Of a stretch of DNA of 64,000 nucleotides, positions 18,935 to 28,423 are shown piece by piece (positions within the stretch are counted from its first letter, which is position 1; every line of letters begins with the position of its first letter). The stretch lies in NCBI GenBank assembly GCA_000002435.2, contig CM018792.1. One strand, 5' to 3'. A program made the translations under genes and the position numbers. The notes beneath the pieces are model-generated. The model worked only from the letters and a program-made list of their open reading frames with translations. It did no database searches and was not told the DNA's origin. The DNA comes from Giardia intestinalis. Lineage: Eukaryota.

Positions 18935-19193
18935 ATAGACAATGTAGTCGAGCAATAATGCCGGCTTGCTAAATAGTTGTGTTCTAGATGTGACTATTTG
19001 CGTCGTTGGATCCTTCTCTGACCTTGATCAAAGGTGAGTGGGGCCGCCTTTCTTAGTGAAAGTAAAATGTTGTGCCACATATCTTTCGCAGATCTGTACC
19101 TCCATCACTAATGCACCCAATCATGATGCAACCCTAGTATACTAACAAAATATCCGCCTACTGGTCCATTAATTTTATAGTTCCGTGAGACCA

Positions 19194-21638
19194 ATGGCTA
19201 TTCTGTTACCAGCACCTCCAACGACGCCACTAACAGAGGCAGATGAGCACGGACGTACTACTCTCATGAGGGCAATTATAAGTAATGACAGGAACGCCAT
19301 CTTATCCCATGCCCCCTTTGAATGGGGGTGGGCAGATGTCGATGGCTACACCGCATTGATGCATGCTGTTCAGGCTGATAACATAGAAGCAGTTAAGTTG
19401 CTTACTGACTTCGAGTATCCCTTTACTCTTCCCGACACCCGTACGGCCCTCATGCTGGCAATTAAACATAGACGGTATAGACTGGTTCCTCTAATGACGG
19501 AGCGCTTGAGCAGGCTAACCAACAGGCATGGGTATAACGCCCTGATGTATGCCGTTACTTTGGGGGACCTCGAAATGATCAGAGTTCTTATAGCTAGCTG
19601 GCCAAGCTCATGCATGGAGGATTTGCTCGCTGCCAACGATGTTGTTGACCTGGGACCAGTCGATGCCAGAGACGCTATTTCCGAACTACTGAAAATATCA
19701 ATCGAGAGGCTGCCAGACGTGGCCCGGTTTAGCAGACGGGTGCTGTGCATGGGCGTTATTCCGAAGAAAGCCATACCCAACCATGCTAATGGTGTTTACC
19801 CTATAGACATTCACTTTCACGAGGAAAACGCCTCATGGCGTGAGACAGAGGCTCAGCTGTGTGAGACGATCAAGCTACTGCACACTAAGATAGAGGGGTT
19901 AGAGTCCAATCAGTTAAAAGGAATCTCTAAGTGTGTCTCTAGGCACGTCAGTGTAACGCAGGAGCACAAAAGCATATGCCTACAAACACCTTTTGATTGG
20001 GGCAGCCAATCATGGACGCTAGCCAAACTCTTATCTAAACTTGATAGCAAGCAAAGAAAAATAGCAATACTCGAGGAGGAGCTTCAAATCCTTCAAGGCA
20101 AAGATACAATGGATAACCCTGGCCACTCTTTCTTCAAGGAGGCCAGTGATCTGAGGATCAAGGAGCGAACTCTGAAGGAGAGGATTGCTATATTGGAGCG
20201 AGCCATGGATGAACATATTGGTATTATAAATGGCATACTGGGCACAAGCTGCCAATCGCTAATGGAGGTAGAGAGCAGTGTAAAGTCGATGGCTCGGACG
20301 GAAGTGCAAATGCAAGATACAGCAGTTCCTACGTGCTCCAGTCTTGAAAATGTGAATACCCGTATCTGTAGCCCGATGACTGTGATCCAGGAGGTAAACG
20401 TTGTGGCTACTGGCTGTGATAAGGGCACCGACCCAGAGACAAGCACAGTAGATGCCTATGCGCAAGCTGCAGCGGATGAGAACTCTATGTCTGACATCGC
20501 TTCTTTCCGGCAGCAACTAAATGAAAAAGAGGCCCTTCTTGACAAAATATGTTCAGTAGTAAAGATTGAGGAGGGTCATGCAGATGGACAAGTAATAGTG
20601 TCGGCTATAGACAGAATCCTAAAGCAAAACGCCTCTTTACAGAGCGATTTAAAGTCAGCCTCAGAAAAGCTGCTAGGACATTGTACAAAGTCGGCTCTAT
20701 TACACAACTTACTAAAAGACACTGGGGTAGACTCAATTGAGGCACTCGCAACTTACATTTCCACCACAAAACAGGAGTTGGCGCAGTACAGGTTCCGTGT
20801 CGGCAACGTTACTTCATCTGATTCCATGCAAACTGCCGGGAGTATTGGTCATGATGTCTGCAATAACGAGAAGTCTAATGATAAGCAAGCTTCTTGCCAG
20901 TATTTTAACAGTGGTGGTGTGGATCCAGCACAAGTGTCAGCCCTTTTACGGCAACTATCATCATATACGCAAAGACCTTGCACAACTGTTACGGATGCCA
21001 TGCACTTAATCCACGAATATTGTGTTCGAGCAGCATCAGAGAGTATTGCTCTACAGAAAACGAGAGATGATGTGGAAAGGGAGCATTCCATAGCAAGGAG
21101 TGCCCGTGCAGCTTTGGCAGACCAAGAGGCAGCATATAATGCGCTTATCAATAAGCACACTGTTCTACTTAATGATGCTCAGCATCTTGCAATGAAATAC
21201 AACGATTTGGGAAAGAAGTACAATGACTTATACGCAGCACATGAACAATTACAAAGGATTCTTGCAGCAACAAGGCAGCGAGCAATACAGCATCAATCTC
21301 CCAAAAGCGTTAGGTTTGCTGATACAGTTGGCCCTGTCGAAAAGGCTGAGCACGAGAATAATGACAGACTTAATGGTGACCAGCTTCAAATTCCAATAAC
21401 TGTAGCCGACGCAGCATGCACCCAGATCACATATGAAGTGTCTGCTGATAGGGCTGGCCATATACGGAGAGCCATGAGTGTAGACGACGCTAAAAAGTTC
21501 ATCAATCAACAAATTACTAAGCAGAAAACGCGGAGTCAAAGTACAACAAGCAATTCGCCCCTCTACCCTGCGTGGAACTGCTGCACATCAGCGGACATAT
21601 CAAAGTGGCTTCGCAGACCACTCTTCGTTCAATATTAA
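19194..21638 (+). CDS. Ankyrin-repeat plus long coiled-coil protein (Protein 21.1 family)
   Basis: N-terminal ankyrin units (GRTTLMRAI..., GYTALMHAVQADNIEAVKLL, TRTALMLAIKHRRYRLV, GYNALMYAVTLGDLEMIRVL) are followed by more than 500 aa of heptad-rich sequence. The ORF-track start at 19185 is GTG; the first ATG is at 19194. Confidence 0.8.
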   Translation: MAILLPAPPTTPLTEADEHGRTTLMRAIISNDRNAILSHAPFEWGWADVDGYTALMHAVQADNIEAVKLLTDFEYPFTLPDTRTALMLAIKHRRYRLVPLMTERLSRLTNRHGYNALMYAVTLGDLEMIRVLIASWPSSCMEDLLAANDVVDLGPVDARDAISELLKISIERLPDVARFSRRVLCMGVIPKKAIPNHANGVYPIDIHFHEENASWRETEAQLCETIKLLHTKIEGLESNQLKGISKCVSRHVSVTQEHKSICLQTPFDWGSQSWTLAKLLSKLDSKQRKIAILEEELQILQGKDTMDNPGHSFFKEASDLRIKERTLKERIAILERAMDEHIGIINGILGTSCQSLMEVESSVKSMARTEVQMQDTAVPTCSSLENVNTRICSPMTVIQEVNVVATGCDKGTDPETSTVDAYAQAAADENSMSDIASFRQQLNEKEALLDKICSVVKIEEGHADGQVIVSAIDRILKQNASLQSDLKSASEKLLGHCTKSALLHNLLKDTGVDSIEALATYISTTKQELAQYRFRVGNVTSSDSMQTAGSIGHDVCNNEKSNDKQASCQYFNSGGVDPAQVSALLRQLSSYTQRPCTTVTDAMHLIHEYCVRAASESIALQKTRDDVEREHSIARSARAALADQEAAYNALINKHTVLLNDAQHLAMKYNDLGKKYNDLYAAHEQLQRILAATRQRAIQHQSPKSVRFADTVGPVEKAEHENNDRLNGDQLQIPITVADAACTQITYEVSADRAGHIRRAMSVDDAKKFINQQITKQKTRSQSTTSNSPLYPAWNCCTSADISKWLRRPLFVQY

Positions 21639-21676
21639 AATTCTGAGATTTACTACCACCCTTTGTTTGTCACTCC

Positions 21677-24600
21677 ATGGAGGCCAGAACGAATGCGGAG
21701 TGGTTTAGGATGATTGAGACCGGCAACACTGATTCAATATTAGCGTCTGTGGATAAGTTCAAAGGCTTTGCAGATGCCAATGGCGAAACGGCTCTGATGA
21801 AGGCTGTGCGCAGGCGGGACACAGCTATAGTGAAAATTCTCGCTTCTCATGAACACTCCTGGGCAAATCCAGAGGGATACACGGCCCTAATGCTAGCAGC
21901 CCTTAACGATGCAGAGGACCTATGCAAGATCCTTCTATCATACGAGAGCGCATATACTTTGGCAGACGGGACTACTGCATTGATGCTTGCAGCTGTCAAT
22001 GGGTCTCTCAATGCCCTTGAGCTTCTTTTGCCTTATCTCGCTGACTGCCGCGACCACCAGCACCAAACTGCCTTGACACGCGCTGTAGAGGCACACCAGA
22101 TAAAGGCTGTGCGGCTCATTCTAAGGGGCTGGGTGCACATGGTCAGAGCTGACGTGGATGAGGCACTTGCTGCAGCTCGGCGTTACGATATGTCAGACAT
22201 GTGTCAACTCATTGAGCCCTATATTGGATCAACGCCGCCGGTGCACTCCTCTACCTATTCGGATCCGTCGCCGGGGAAGCTGGCCCGAAGGACTGCATCT
22301 ACGCCATCCTCTACAGAAAAGCTTACATCAGCTTCTTTCAATAGCACAGTTAGCGGTAGTATCACAAAACCGTTTAGGCAAAAGGATCCCGGCGTTGTAG
22401 AGCTTGAGCGCAAGGCTGCCATACTAGATGAGGTCACCGGCTTTATTAATTCGCAAACGAAGCTCTCCAGCCTCACAGCTGCAGATATAACCGATTATCT
22501 CACCACAGTTTTCTCACGGAATTACATATTGACTGCAGAGAAAACTCAACTTCAGGCCGAATTGGATAAAGCGCAACGGATTATCCAAAGTCAGGCTCTC
22601 GACTTGAAGTCTAGTAGCGCTAGGGGGTCTTCGGTTCCAGGCATCTCAATGATCGGGGATGCAAACGAGGTGTACACCCGTACGCTCTCTGACACACAGG
22701 CAGAGCTTGCCCGTTGTCTAGTTGAACTGGAGGAAAAGCGCAGTATGATGGAGATTGCGAAAACAGAAGAGGACAAACTTGTTCTTTATATTAACTCGAA
22801 ACTTGGCACTAGGGCATCTTCGCTAGATGATTTGAAGTATGTCTTGGGGAACTTCTTCGACCAATCTGATGCGCTGCGGGAAGAAAATGCATCTCTTCAC
22901 GCAGAGCTGAAAAGTCTTCGAACTAATCAGATAGGAGAGCCACGACACTCACTGGGCTCCATCTCGAGGGACACTATAGAGCTGAAGTCCAAGCTTCTAG
23001 CAAAGGAAACTGAACTAGAGATTTTGCGGAAGAGCGTATCAGATATGCGTGCAGCGCATGCCGAGCTCATCACAGACCACGATATTCTTCGAACAGAGAT
23101 GGACCACATTAAGGACAAACAGACGGCATTTTTGTCTGAGATAGAAGAAACTCTCTCAGTCCCCTGCAAGGGATATAACGACGTACTGGCGGCTATTCGT
23201 GCCACTGATACGTTTGCTAAATCTGCACTGCCATCGATGGTAAGAGATCTGGAGGCCACAAAAGACGACAATAAATTATTACGTCTGAAAGTGGAGCGAC
23301 TGACTTCTGATCAGCAACTTGCAGCTAAGTACACCGCTGAACTTTTGGCAACGCTTAGCGCCTACCAAAAGCATCCTGTGCTGCTTTCAGACGCTAACAG
23401 TGTATTAACGCAACTAATAGCCTCCACTACAGTCTCATCTGTTCCGCACCATACGGACAGGGCTCCTCTGGAGTCGTCTCCTTTGCCACCTTCTTCAGCA
23501 GCTGCTCAAGTTTCTACTAAAAGACAATCTCTTAGTACTCTGCTAGAACTGTCTGCGGTTACTGAAGAGCAGAACAAGAACGTCCTGGATAACAAGCAAG
23601 ATGAGTTGGAATCTCTAAGAAACCTACAGACATGCACGGCTCAGAGGGCAGACAGATTGGAACAAGAGCTCAGTGATGCACGCAAACAGCTGGCCGAGTT
23701 GCAAGAATCTCTTGAGTCCCGCTCCACGGACCTTTTGCTAAAGGCAAAGCTCTACGATGAAGCTGCATCTGCAGTTATAGATGTAACTGATGCAAAGGCA
23801 GGAGTGGAGAACGTTGTAATGTCCCACATCTTTGCAGTGCGTGAAGAAAATAAGAGACTCCGAGCAGATCTTGTTCTTGCACGTGAACGGGTGAGCGAAA
23901 AGCGGCTAGCTGATGTTCTCAGCACTACTGATACAACCGGACAAATAGACTACCTCTATAAAGAGATGACGGAGTACCAACGCAAGCTAAGGATTCTTAC
24001 CGATAACACCAATAGAATTTTCGATGCCATAGAAAGTGGGTTGGGACAGCGCTACCATGACGTTGATGAAGTAACTACTGGCCTTACGCGGCACTTTGCA
24101 CGCGTGCGGTGCCTCAGTGAGCAGTTGGCGCTTCTAAAGGGACAGGAGAGCCAACTGAATGCAAAAGCATCTAATTCATTAGGGACTCATGAGCCCTCCC
24201 AATATAAGGAGGTTTACATTACTGCTACTGATAACGATATACGGAAGCGCAATGAGGCAATCGTTAAGCTAACAGAGGAGAATGGCAATCTTCGTAAAGA
24301 ATTAGAAAAGCTGCGTCCATATGAGCGATTTTACACCGAAAGAAAGTGCGAGCAGTGTGTCATAAATGCAGAGACCATCCAGAAGCTTACTACACGTTTA
24401 GCTGCTGCAGACAAGAGCGTTGCACAGCTCAATCACCTTGTCTCCGAAAAAGAGCAAGAAATACAAAGGCTAAAGGGTGAAGTAGCAGAGCATATTGCTC
24501 GGCAAACGGAGCTGATCGCCAGCCAGTCTAAGATTTGCATGGCAAAGACCGCGTCGAAAAGTGATTCTGCGCGTCCCGGAAGTGCCTTCTCTGGGCGGTC

Positions 24601-25012
24601 TAAGAGGGCATCCTCTGCCACTGTCTTCGTGCCTGCACGTTCATCGGTGGCTACTACGCGGCCGATGCCCACTCCACTGGCAAACATTGCAACCATGGCC
24701 GCCAAGGCGCAAGCTGGAGGACTGCGAGCCCTCATCCAGGCCAACCCGGGAGCAGATCTATCTAAGTACGGCACCATTCCACATGAGGCTGATCAACTCC
24801 TTGCCGCCGTCGGAGAGGTTGTCAATCAATTGAAGCAGGCCAAGTCTGATGATCGCACGTTACTTAAGGACTGGGCAAAGCTATCAGAAAAGATTGCCAC
24901 GCTGCTTGCTAAGCTATTCAAGGCGACTACTGATCCACAGATAGTCCACAAAGAGCTAGAGGACTGCAAGCACTCGCGGGACGCTTTAAAGCAGAGACTG
25001 GCTAAAGCATAA
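21677..25012 (+). CDS. Ankyrin-repeat plus very long coiled-coil protein (Protein 21.1 family), 1111 aa
   Basis: N-terminal ankyrin units (GETALMKAVRRRDTAIVKIL, GYTALMLAALNDAEDLCKIL, GTTALMLAAVNGSLNALELL) are followed by about 900 aa of Glu/Leu/Lys/Gln-rich heptad sequence. True ATG at 21677. Confidence 0.8.
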   Translation: MEARTNAEWFRMIETGNTDSILASVDKFKGFADANGETALMKAVRRRDTAIVKILASHEHSWANPEGYTALMLAALNDAEDLCKILLSYESAYTLADGTTALMLAAVNGSLNALELLLPYLADCRDHQHQTALTRAVEAHQIKAVRLILRGWVHMVRADVDEALAAARRYDMSDMCQLIEPYIGSTPPVHSSTYSDPSPGKLARRTASTPSSTEKLTSASFNSTVSGSITKPFRQKDPGVVELERKAAILDEVTGFINSQTKLSSLTAADITDYLTTVFSRNYILTAEKTQLQAELDKAQRIIQSQALDLKSSSARGSSVPGISMIGDANEVYTRTLSDTQAELARCLVELEEKRSMMEIAKTEEDKLVLYINSKLGTRASSLDDLKYVLGNFFDQSDALREENASLHAELKSLRTNQIGEPRHSLGSISRDTIELKSKLLAKETELEILRKSVSDMRAAHAELITDHDILRTEMDHIKDKQTAFLSEIEETLSVPCKGYNDVLAAIRATDTFAKSALPSMVRDLEATKDDNKLLRLKVERLTSDQQLAAKYTAELLATLSAYQKHPVLLSDANSVLTQLIASTTVSSVPHHTDRAPLESSPLPPSSAAAQVSTKRQSLSTLLELSAVTEEQNKNVLDNKQDELESLRNLQTCTAQRADRLEQELSDARKQLAELQESLESRSTDLLLKAKLYDEAASAVIDVTDAKAGVENVVMSHIFAVREENKRLRADLVLARERVSEKRLADVLSTTDTTGQIDYLYKEMTEYQRKLRILTDNTNRIFDAIESGLGQRYHDVDEVTTGLTRHFARVRCLSEQLALLKGQESQLNAKASNSLGTHEPSQYKEVYITATDNDIRKRNEAIVKLTEENGNLRKELEKLRPYERFYTERKCEQCVINAETIQKLTTRLAAADKSVAQLNHLVSEKEQEIQRLKGEVAEHIARQTELIASQSKICMAKTASKSDSARPGSAFSGRSKRASSATVFVPARSSVATTRPMPTPLANIATMAAKAQAGGLRALIQANPGADLSKYGTIPHEADQLLAAVGEVVNQLKQAKSDDRTLLKDWAKLSEKIATLLAKLFKATTDPQIVHKELEDCKHSRDALKQRLAKA

Positions 25013-25013
25013 C

Positions 25014-25916
25014 CTATTTACTGAGCGTGTAAAGCAGACGGATAGCTTCGTCGGCCACCTTGGCGGTCTCTTTTTCTTTCACGGTCTTTCGGAGCTCGTC
25101 GCGAACAACCTTTTCAGCCCTTGCTCTGCTCTCTGCATTTTCAATGGCCGTCTTTCTGGCCATGTTCTTTGTTGCCTCGGCAGCTAGAAAGGCGTTCTTA
25201 TGATAGGTTTGGTCAGGGTCATTACTTGGGTTGTTTTCGTCTGATAGAGAGTCACTTAGTACCTGGAAGCCCGGTATTCTCGCTGTACTTTTATTCCTAT
25301 TAGCTAACAGTGGGATGTAATTGTCCTTTGTCACTTCTACAATAGCATACGGTTTATCCTCCTTCGGCTTACTATGCTGATCCTTTTCTAAGGCTATTCT
25401 TCTCTCTAGCTCTCTCGCTCGTGCAATCAGGACCGCCTGGCGCGCACGTATATCTTCTACCTGCCTTGTTTGCAGACGGGTTTTCTCTTTGCGCTCTAAT
25501 ATCTCTGTATCTATTTGCTTCTGAGCTTGCAGTAGCTGCAGAGCACTGTTCCCACGGTCCAGGGCAGACCGCCGACGTTCGTATGTATCCTTCGTTCGTA
25601 ATCTCGCCATACTATGTGCGCGTGCTCGCACCCCAGCAGCCTCTTGGTTTGCATCTGCCGTTCGGAGAAGCTCTTCAATCTCCCGAAGCTCTTGTTGAAT
25701 GCGCTTTTTCTGTTCATACAGGCTTAATTCCTGTATGAATTGGGTCTGCTGTTGTCGGTTCTGAGCCGAGGCCGCCTTAAACCTGCTAAGCATCTCCTTG
25801 GCCCGCTCTTGCTCTACTCGTCTGAGCTCGATGATCCGCCGCTTTCTTGCCTCCTCAATGTGTTTTGTGCGCTCCTGCACTTCGTCTTCAACAGACAAAG
25901 CAGTGAATACAGGCAT
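25014..25916 (-). CDS. Coiled-coil protein (hypothetical)
   Basis: Arg/Glu/Gln-rich heptad sequence (RRIIELRRVEQERAKEM..., ERKEKTRLQTRQVEDIRARQA...). The ORF-track start at 25985 is TTG. In-frame ATGs lie at 25964 (MSNTTF...) and 25916 (MPVFTAL...). I chose 25916 because it leaves a 46-bp AT-rich divergent spacer; the 25964 start would overlap the neighbour's ATG. Confidence 0.5.
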   Translation of the reverse strand: MPVFTALSVEDEVQERTKHIEEARKRRIIELRRVEQERAKEMLSRFKAASAQNRQQQTQFIQELSLYEQKKRIQQELREIEELLRTADANQEAAGVRARAHSMARLRTKDTYERRRSALDRGNSALQLLQAQKQIDTEILERKEKTRLQTRQVEDIRARQAVLIARARELERRIALEKDQHSKPKEDKPYAIVEVTKDNYIPLLANRNKSTARIPGFQVLSDSLSDENNPSNDPDQTYHKNAFLAAEATKNMARKTAIENAESRARAEKVVRDELRKTVKEKETAKVADEAIRLLYTLSK

Positions 25917-25962
25917 GCGGCCCCTTGATTTTTTGGACACTTTCAAAAAGGTTGTATTACTC

Positions 25963-28404
25963 ATGCAAAGGCGACTAGGCGCCAAATTGACATGCTTCGT
26001 CGTGCAGAAATATGATTTAGAGAATCAAATCTTTGTTATAACGCTGCAGTCATGCGCCGTGACCAAGCTTCCACAAGACCTTGGAGGCGTAGCTGTTTCG
26101 TCTTTGGGAAATACATTTGCAGTGCATCATTGCATGCTTCTGGAGTCCGCCGGAGCACTATCACGAGATTTGTTGGCCCTTTGCTCCAGCGAAACAGCTC
26201 CTGTGCTCACCCTTTCCATCTTATCTATCTACGCTTCTGCAGAGTCAGACGTGGCAAAGCTCGTCAAATCCGCATCCAGCAAGTGTTATGCGCCTGCTTC
26301 TGGTGACGCGGAGATGCCACTACTCGATTGTTCTTCAAATTCCCCCATCTGGCCAATCGGCCCACTTCTGATCTTTCACCCGCATATTACTCTGTCACCG
26401 ACTAGCCTACCTAGCTTTTCGGCCATGGATTGCATCTTCTCTTTTTTCTCCTTTGCCAAGCCCACTACCTACCCTATGCACCTCGGTACTGTTTTGCACA
26501 ATGTCGTACAGTCAAAATTTGTTACTGAAGCAACAAGAGCCAAAACGAGTGACCAGTTAGCTATGCTCAAGGCGGCATGGATTGAACTGGAGCTAGAACC
26601 AGACGAGTTACCGGGCGTAATATCCGCTTCAAAGATTCCCGCTAGCATGAAAGTACCTTACAGCCCTGCCTCTATGAAAGACAAGATACTGTATGAACTG
26701 TTGAAGAACGAGCCTGTCATCTCACTGCAAAACAATGACTTAGAATTCATAGACGAGCGCGCGGCCATTGACACGGTATCTAAGTTAGCATGCGATGCTG
26801 CTTCAACTCGTGAAGCTTTGCAGGCCAGGCATGTTGAGTATTTTGTAGAGAAGCATATTGCCTCCACTGACTTGGGAATGCAGGGAAAGATTGACCTTTT
26901 CGGATTGCTAAAGTGCGAAGAGACAGGAGAGATTCAGAGGAAGGACATAATAGAATTAAAGACTACTAGCACAAGCGGTGCGAAAAGAGAGGCACACTTT
27001 ATGCAAGCATGCACGTACTTCTACGCCACATGCCTCGAGCAAAAAGCTGCCAGCGACACTCTGCTAGGTTGTGATGTGATTGGTATTAAGCAGGGTAGGT
27101 TTTGTCGCCCGTTTCAGTTATTTGGGACTCAGAAATTTGTTACATGTGCAGAACTAGCCAAGAAACAGCCACACAATCCTCTGTTCTACTTTCTGCAATT
27201 ATACACGGTGTTCAGGGTCACATACTTGCTCCTTCTGGAGCTCTCTGTGTACCTTGTCACTATGGTCAATGCCGAAGAGTGTTGTATAGATTCGCAACAA
27301 TTCTTTGACATACTACGCAAGCACGAACCAAAATATCTCCGCACACAAGCAGATAATGCATCATTCTTGAGATTCCTCTTCACGCCAGGAGGTCTAAAGT
27401 CTACCACCATGACATCTATACGGAAGGAGCTTGTGTCTGCCCTTCTGGGAACATATCACCACATTACTGGCGATTCTCTAACTCCCCTAGCTGTTCTTAG
27501 CCATTTCCACACGGTCAGAGTAGGGAACTGCTACTACTCTTTCGTTCATCTGAAATCAGGCTCTCTAACTGTGACCGATATGTATCGTTTGCGTTTCCTT
27601 GTTACTACACACGTATCCTCCAGCCCGTCACTCGATCAAGCACATTGTGTGGTTTCTAATATACTTATGCGAGTGCTAGCATGCGGCTCTTCCTCACAAA
27701 TGTACAGTCAAATTGCTCTTTTGGAATCCTCCTATGATCTTTCGTCAGTGTACAGCCCACCCGTTTCTGAGGTTGTTGGAGTTTGGGCTGCCTATCCCCT
27801 ACTTCCCAATGGCACTGTGGCCGGCCGCTCTCTATCCATTCTCATGTCGAGTCCTATGCTCCGTCAACTTTCGTTTGAGGAGATTATAGATGCGATCGAT
27901 CAGAAGCTATTGACGCTGGAGCGTTCCGTGCAGCACTGCCCTCTTAAGTTCTTGGAGGATGCTGTTAAAGGCCCATTCTACAATGACTCCATCTTGCTCC
28001 TAGTCAATAAAGAAGACGCACATAAATTGCCAACAGATCTGCTAGCTGTATTCGCTAGACGAGGAATTTGCACTGTCCCTGGTTCAGATTGGCCGGCGAA
28101 GTTTTCTGATGCAGAGCTTGTTAGCGTGATAACCCGACAGATCAGTCCTGCAGATTTATTCAGCAGCGTAACCTCAAAATGCACGGCATTCTCCAACTCA
28201 CTAACAAAGATGGCTGCTGTTGCCCCAATGGATTTACTGGATCTACCTATTCTGCGTCAAAGCTACGGAACGATATATGTATTCATAGACTTTTCTAATT
28301 CACAAGGCACAGATATGCTGAATTACGCCGCAGTGTACAACGATTTCTATGCCGTCCTTGCTACGCTTCCTGAATATAAAAGAGTATTCTTCATATGTTC
28401 TTGA
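25963..28404 (+). CDS. Large hypothetical protein (about 814 aa)
   Basis: The ORF-track ORF at 25798 overlaps the divergent gene. The first ATG with AT-rich upstream sequence (ttttttggacactttcaaaaaggttgtattactcATG) is at 25963 (MQRRLGAKLTCFVV...). No domain recognised. Confidence 0.55.
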   Translation: MQRRLGAKLTCFVVQKYDLENQIFVITLQSCAVTKLPQDLGGVAVSSLGNTFAVHHCMLLESAGALSRDLLALCSSETAPVLTLSILSIYASAESDVAKLVKSASSKCYAPASGDAEMPLLDCSSNSPIWPIGPLLIFHPHITLSPTSLPSFSAMDCIFSFFSFAKPTTYPMHLGTVLHNVVQSKFVTEATRAKTSDQLAMLKAAWIELELEPDELPGVISASKIPASMKVPYSPASMKDKILYELLKNEPVISLQNNDLEFIDERAAIDTVSKLACDAASTREALQARHVEYFVEKHIASTDLGMQGKIDLFGLLKCEETGEIQRKDIIELKTTSTSGAKREAHFMQACTYFYATCLEQKAASDTLLGCDVIGIKQGRFCRPFQLFGTQKFVTCAELAKKQPHNPLFYFLQLYTVFRVTYLLLLELSVYLVTMVNAEECCIDSQQFFDILRKHEPKYLRTQADNASFLRFLFTPGGLKSTTMTSIRKELVSALLGTYHHITGDSLTPLAVLSHFHTVRVGNCYYSFVHLKSGSLTVTDMYRLRFLVTTHVSSSPSLDQAHCVVSNILMRVLACGSSSQMYSQIALLESSYDLSSVYSPPVSEVVGVWAAYPLLPNGTVAGRSLSILMSSPMLRQLSFEEIIDAIDQKLLTLERSVQHCPLKFLEDAVKGPFYNDSILLLVNKEDAHKLPTDLLAVFARRGICTVPGSDWPAKFSDAELVSVITRQISPADLFSSVTSKCTAFSNSLTKMAAVAPMDLLDLPILRQSYGTIYVFIDFSNSQGTDMLNYAAVYNDFYAVLATLPEYKRVFFICS

Positions 28405-28423
28405 TTCCTAATTAATCTCTTGC

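Noticed and set aside
25798-25962. N-terminal 55 codons of ORF 25798..28404, and the TTG-initiated start of 25014..25985
   Set aside because: The extensions overlap the divergent neighbour and start at non-ATG codons. ATGs with AT-rich initiator context exist further downstream.
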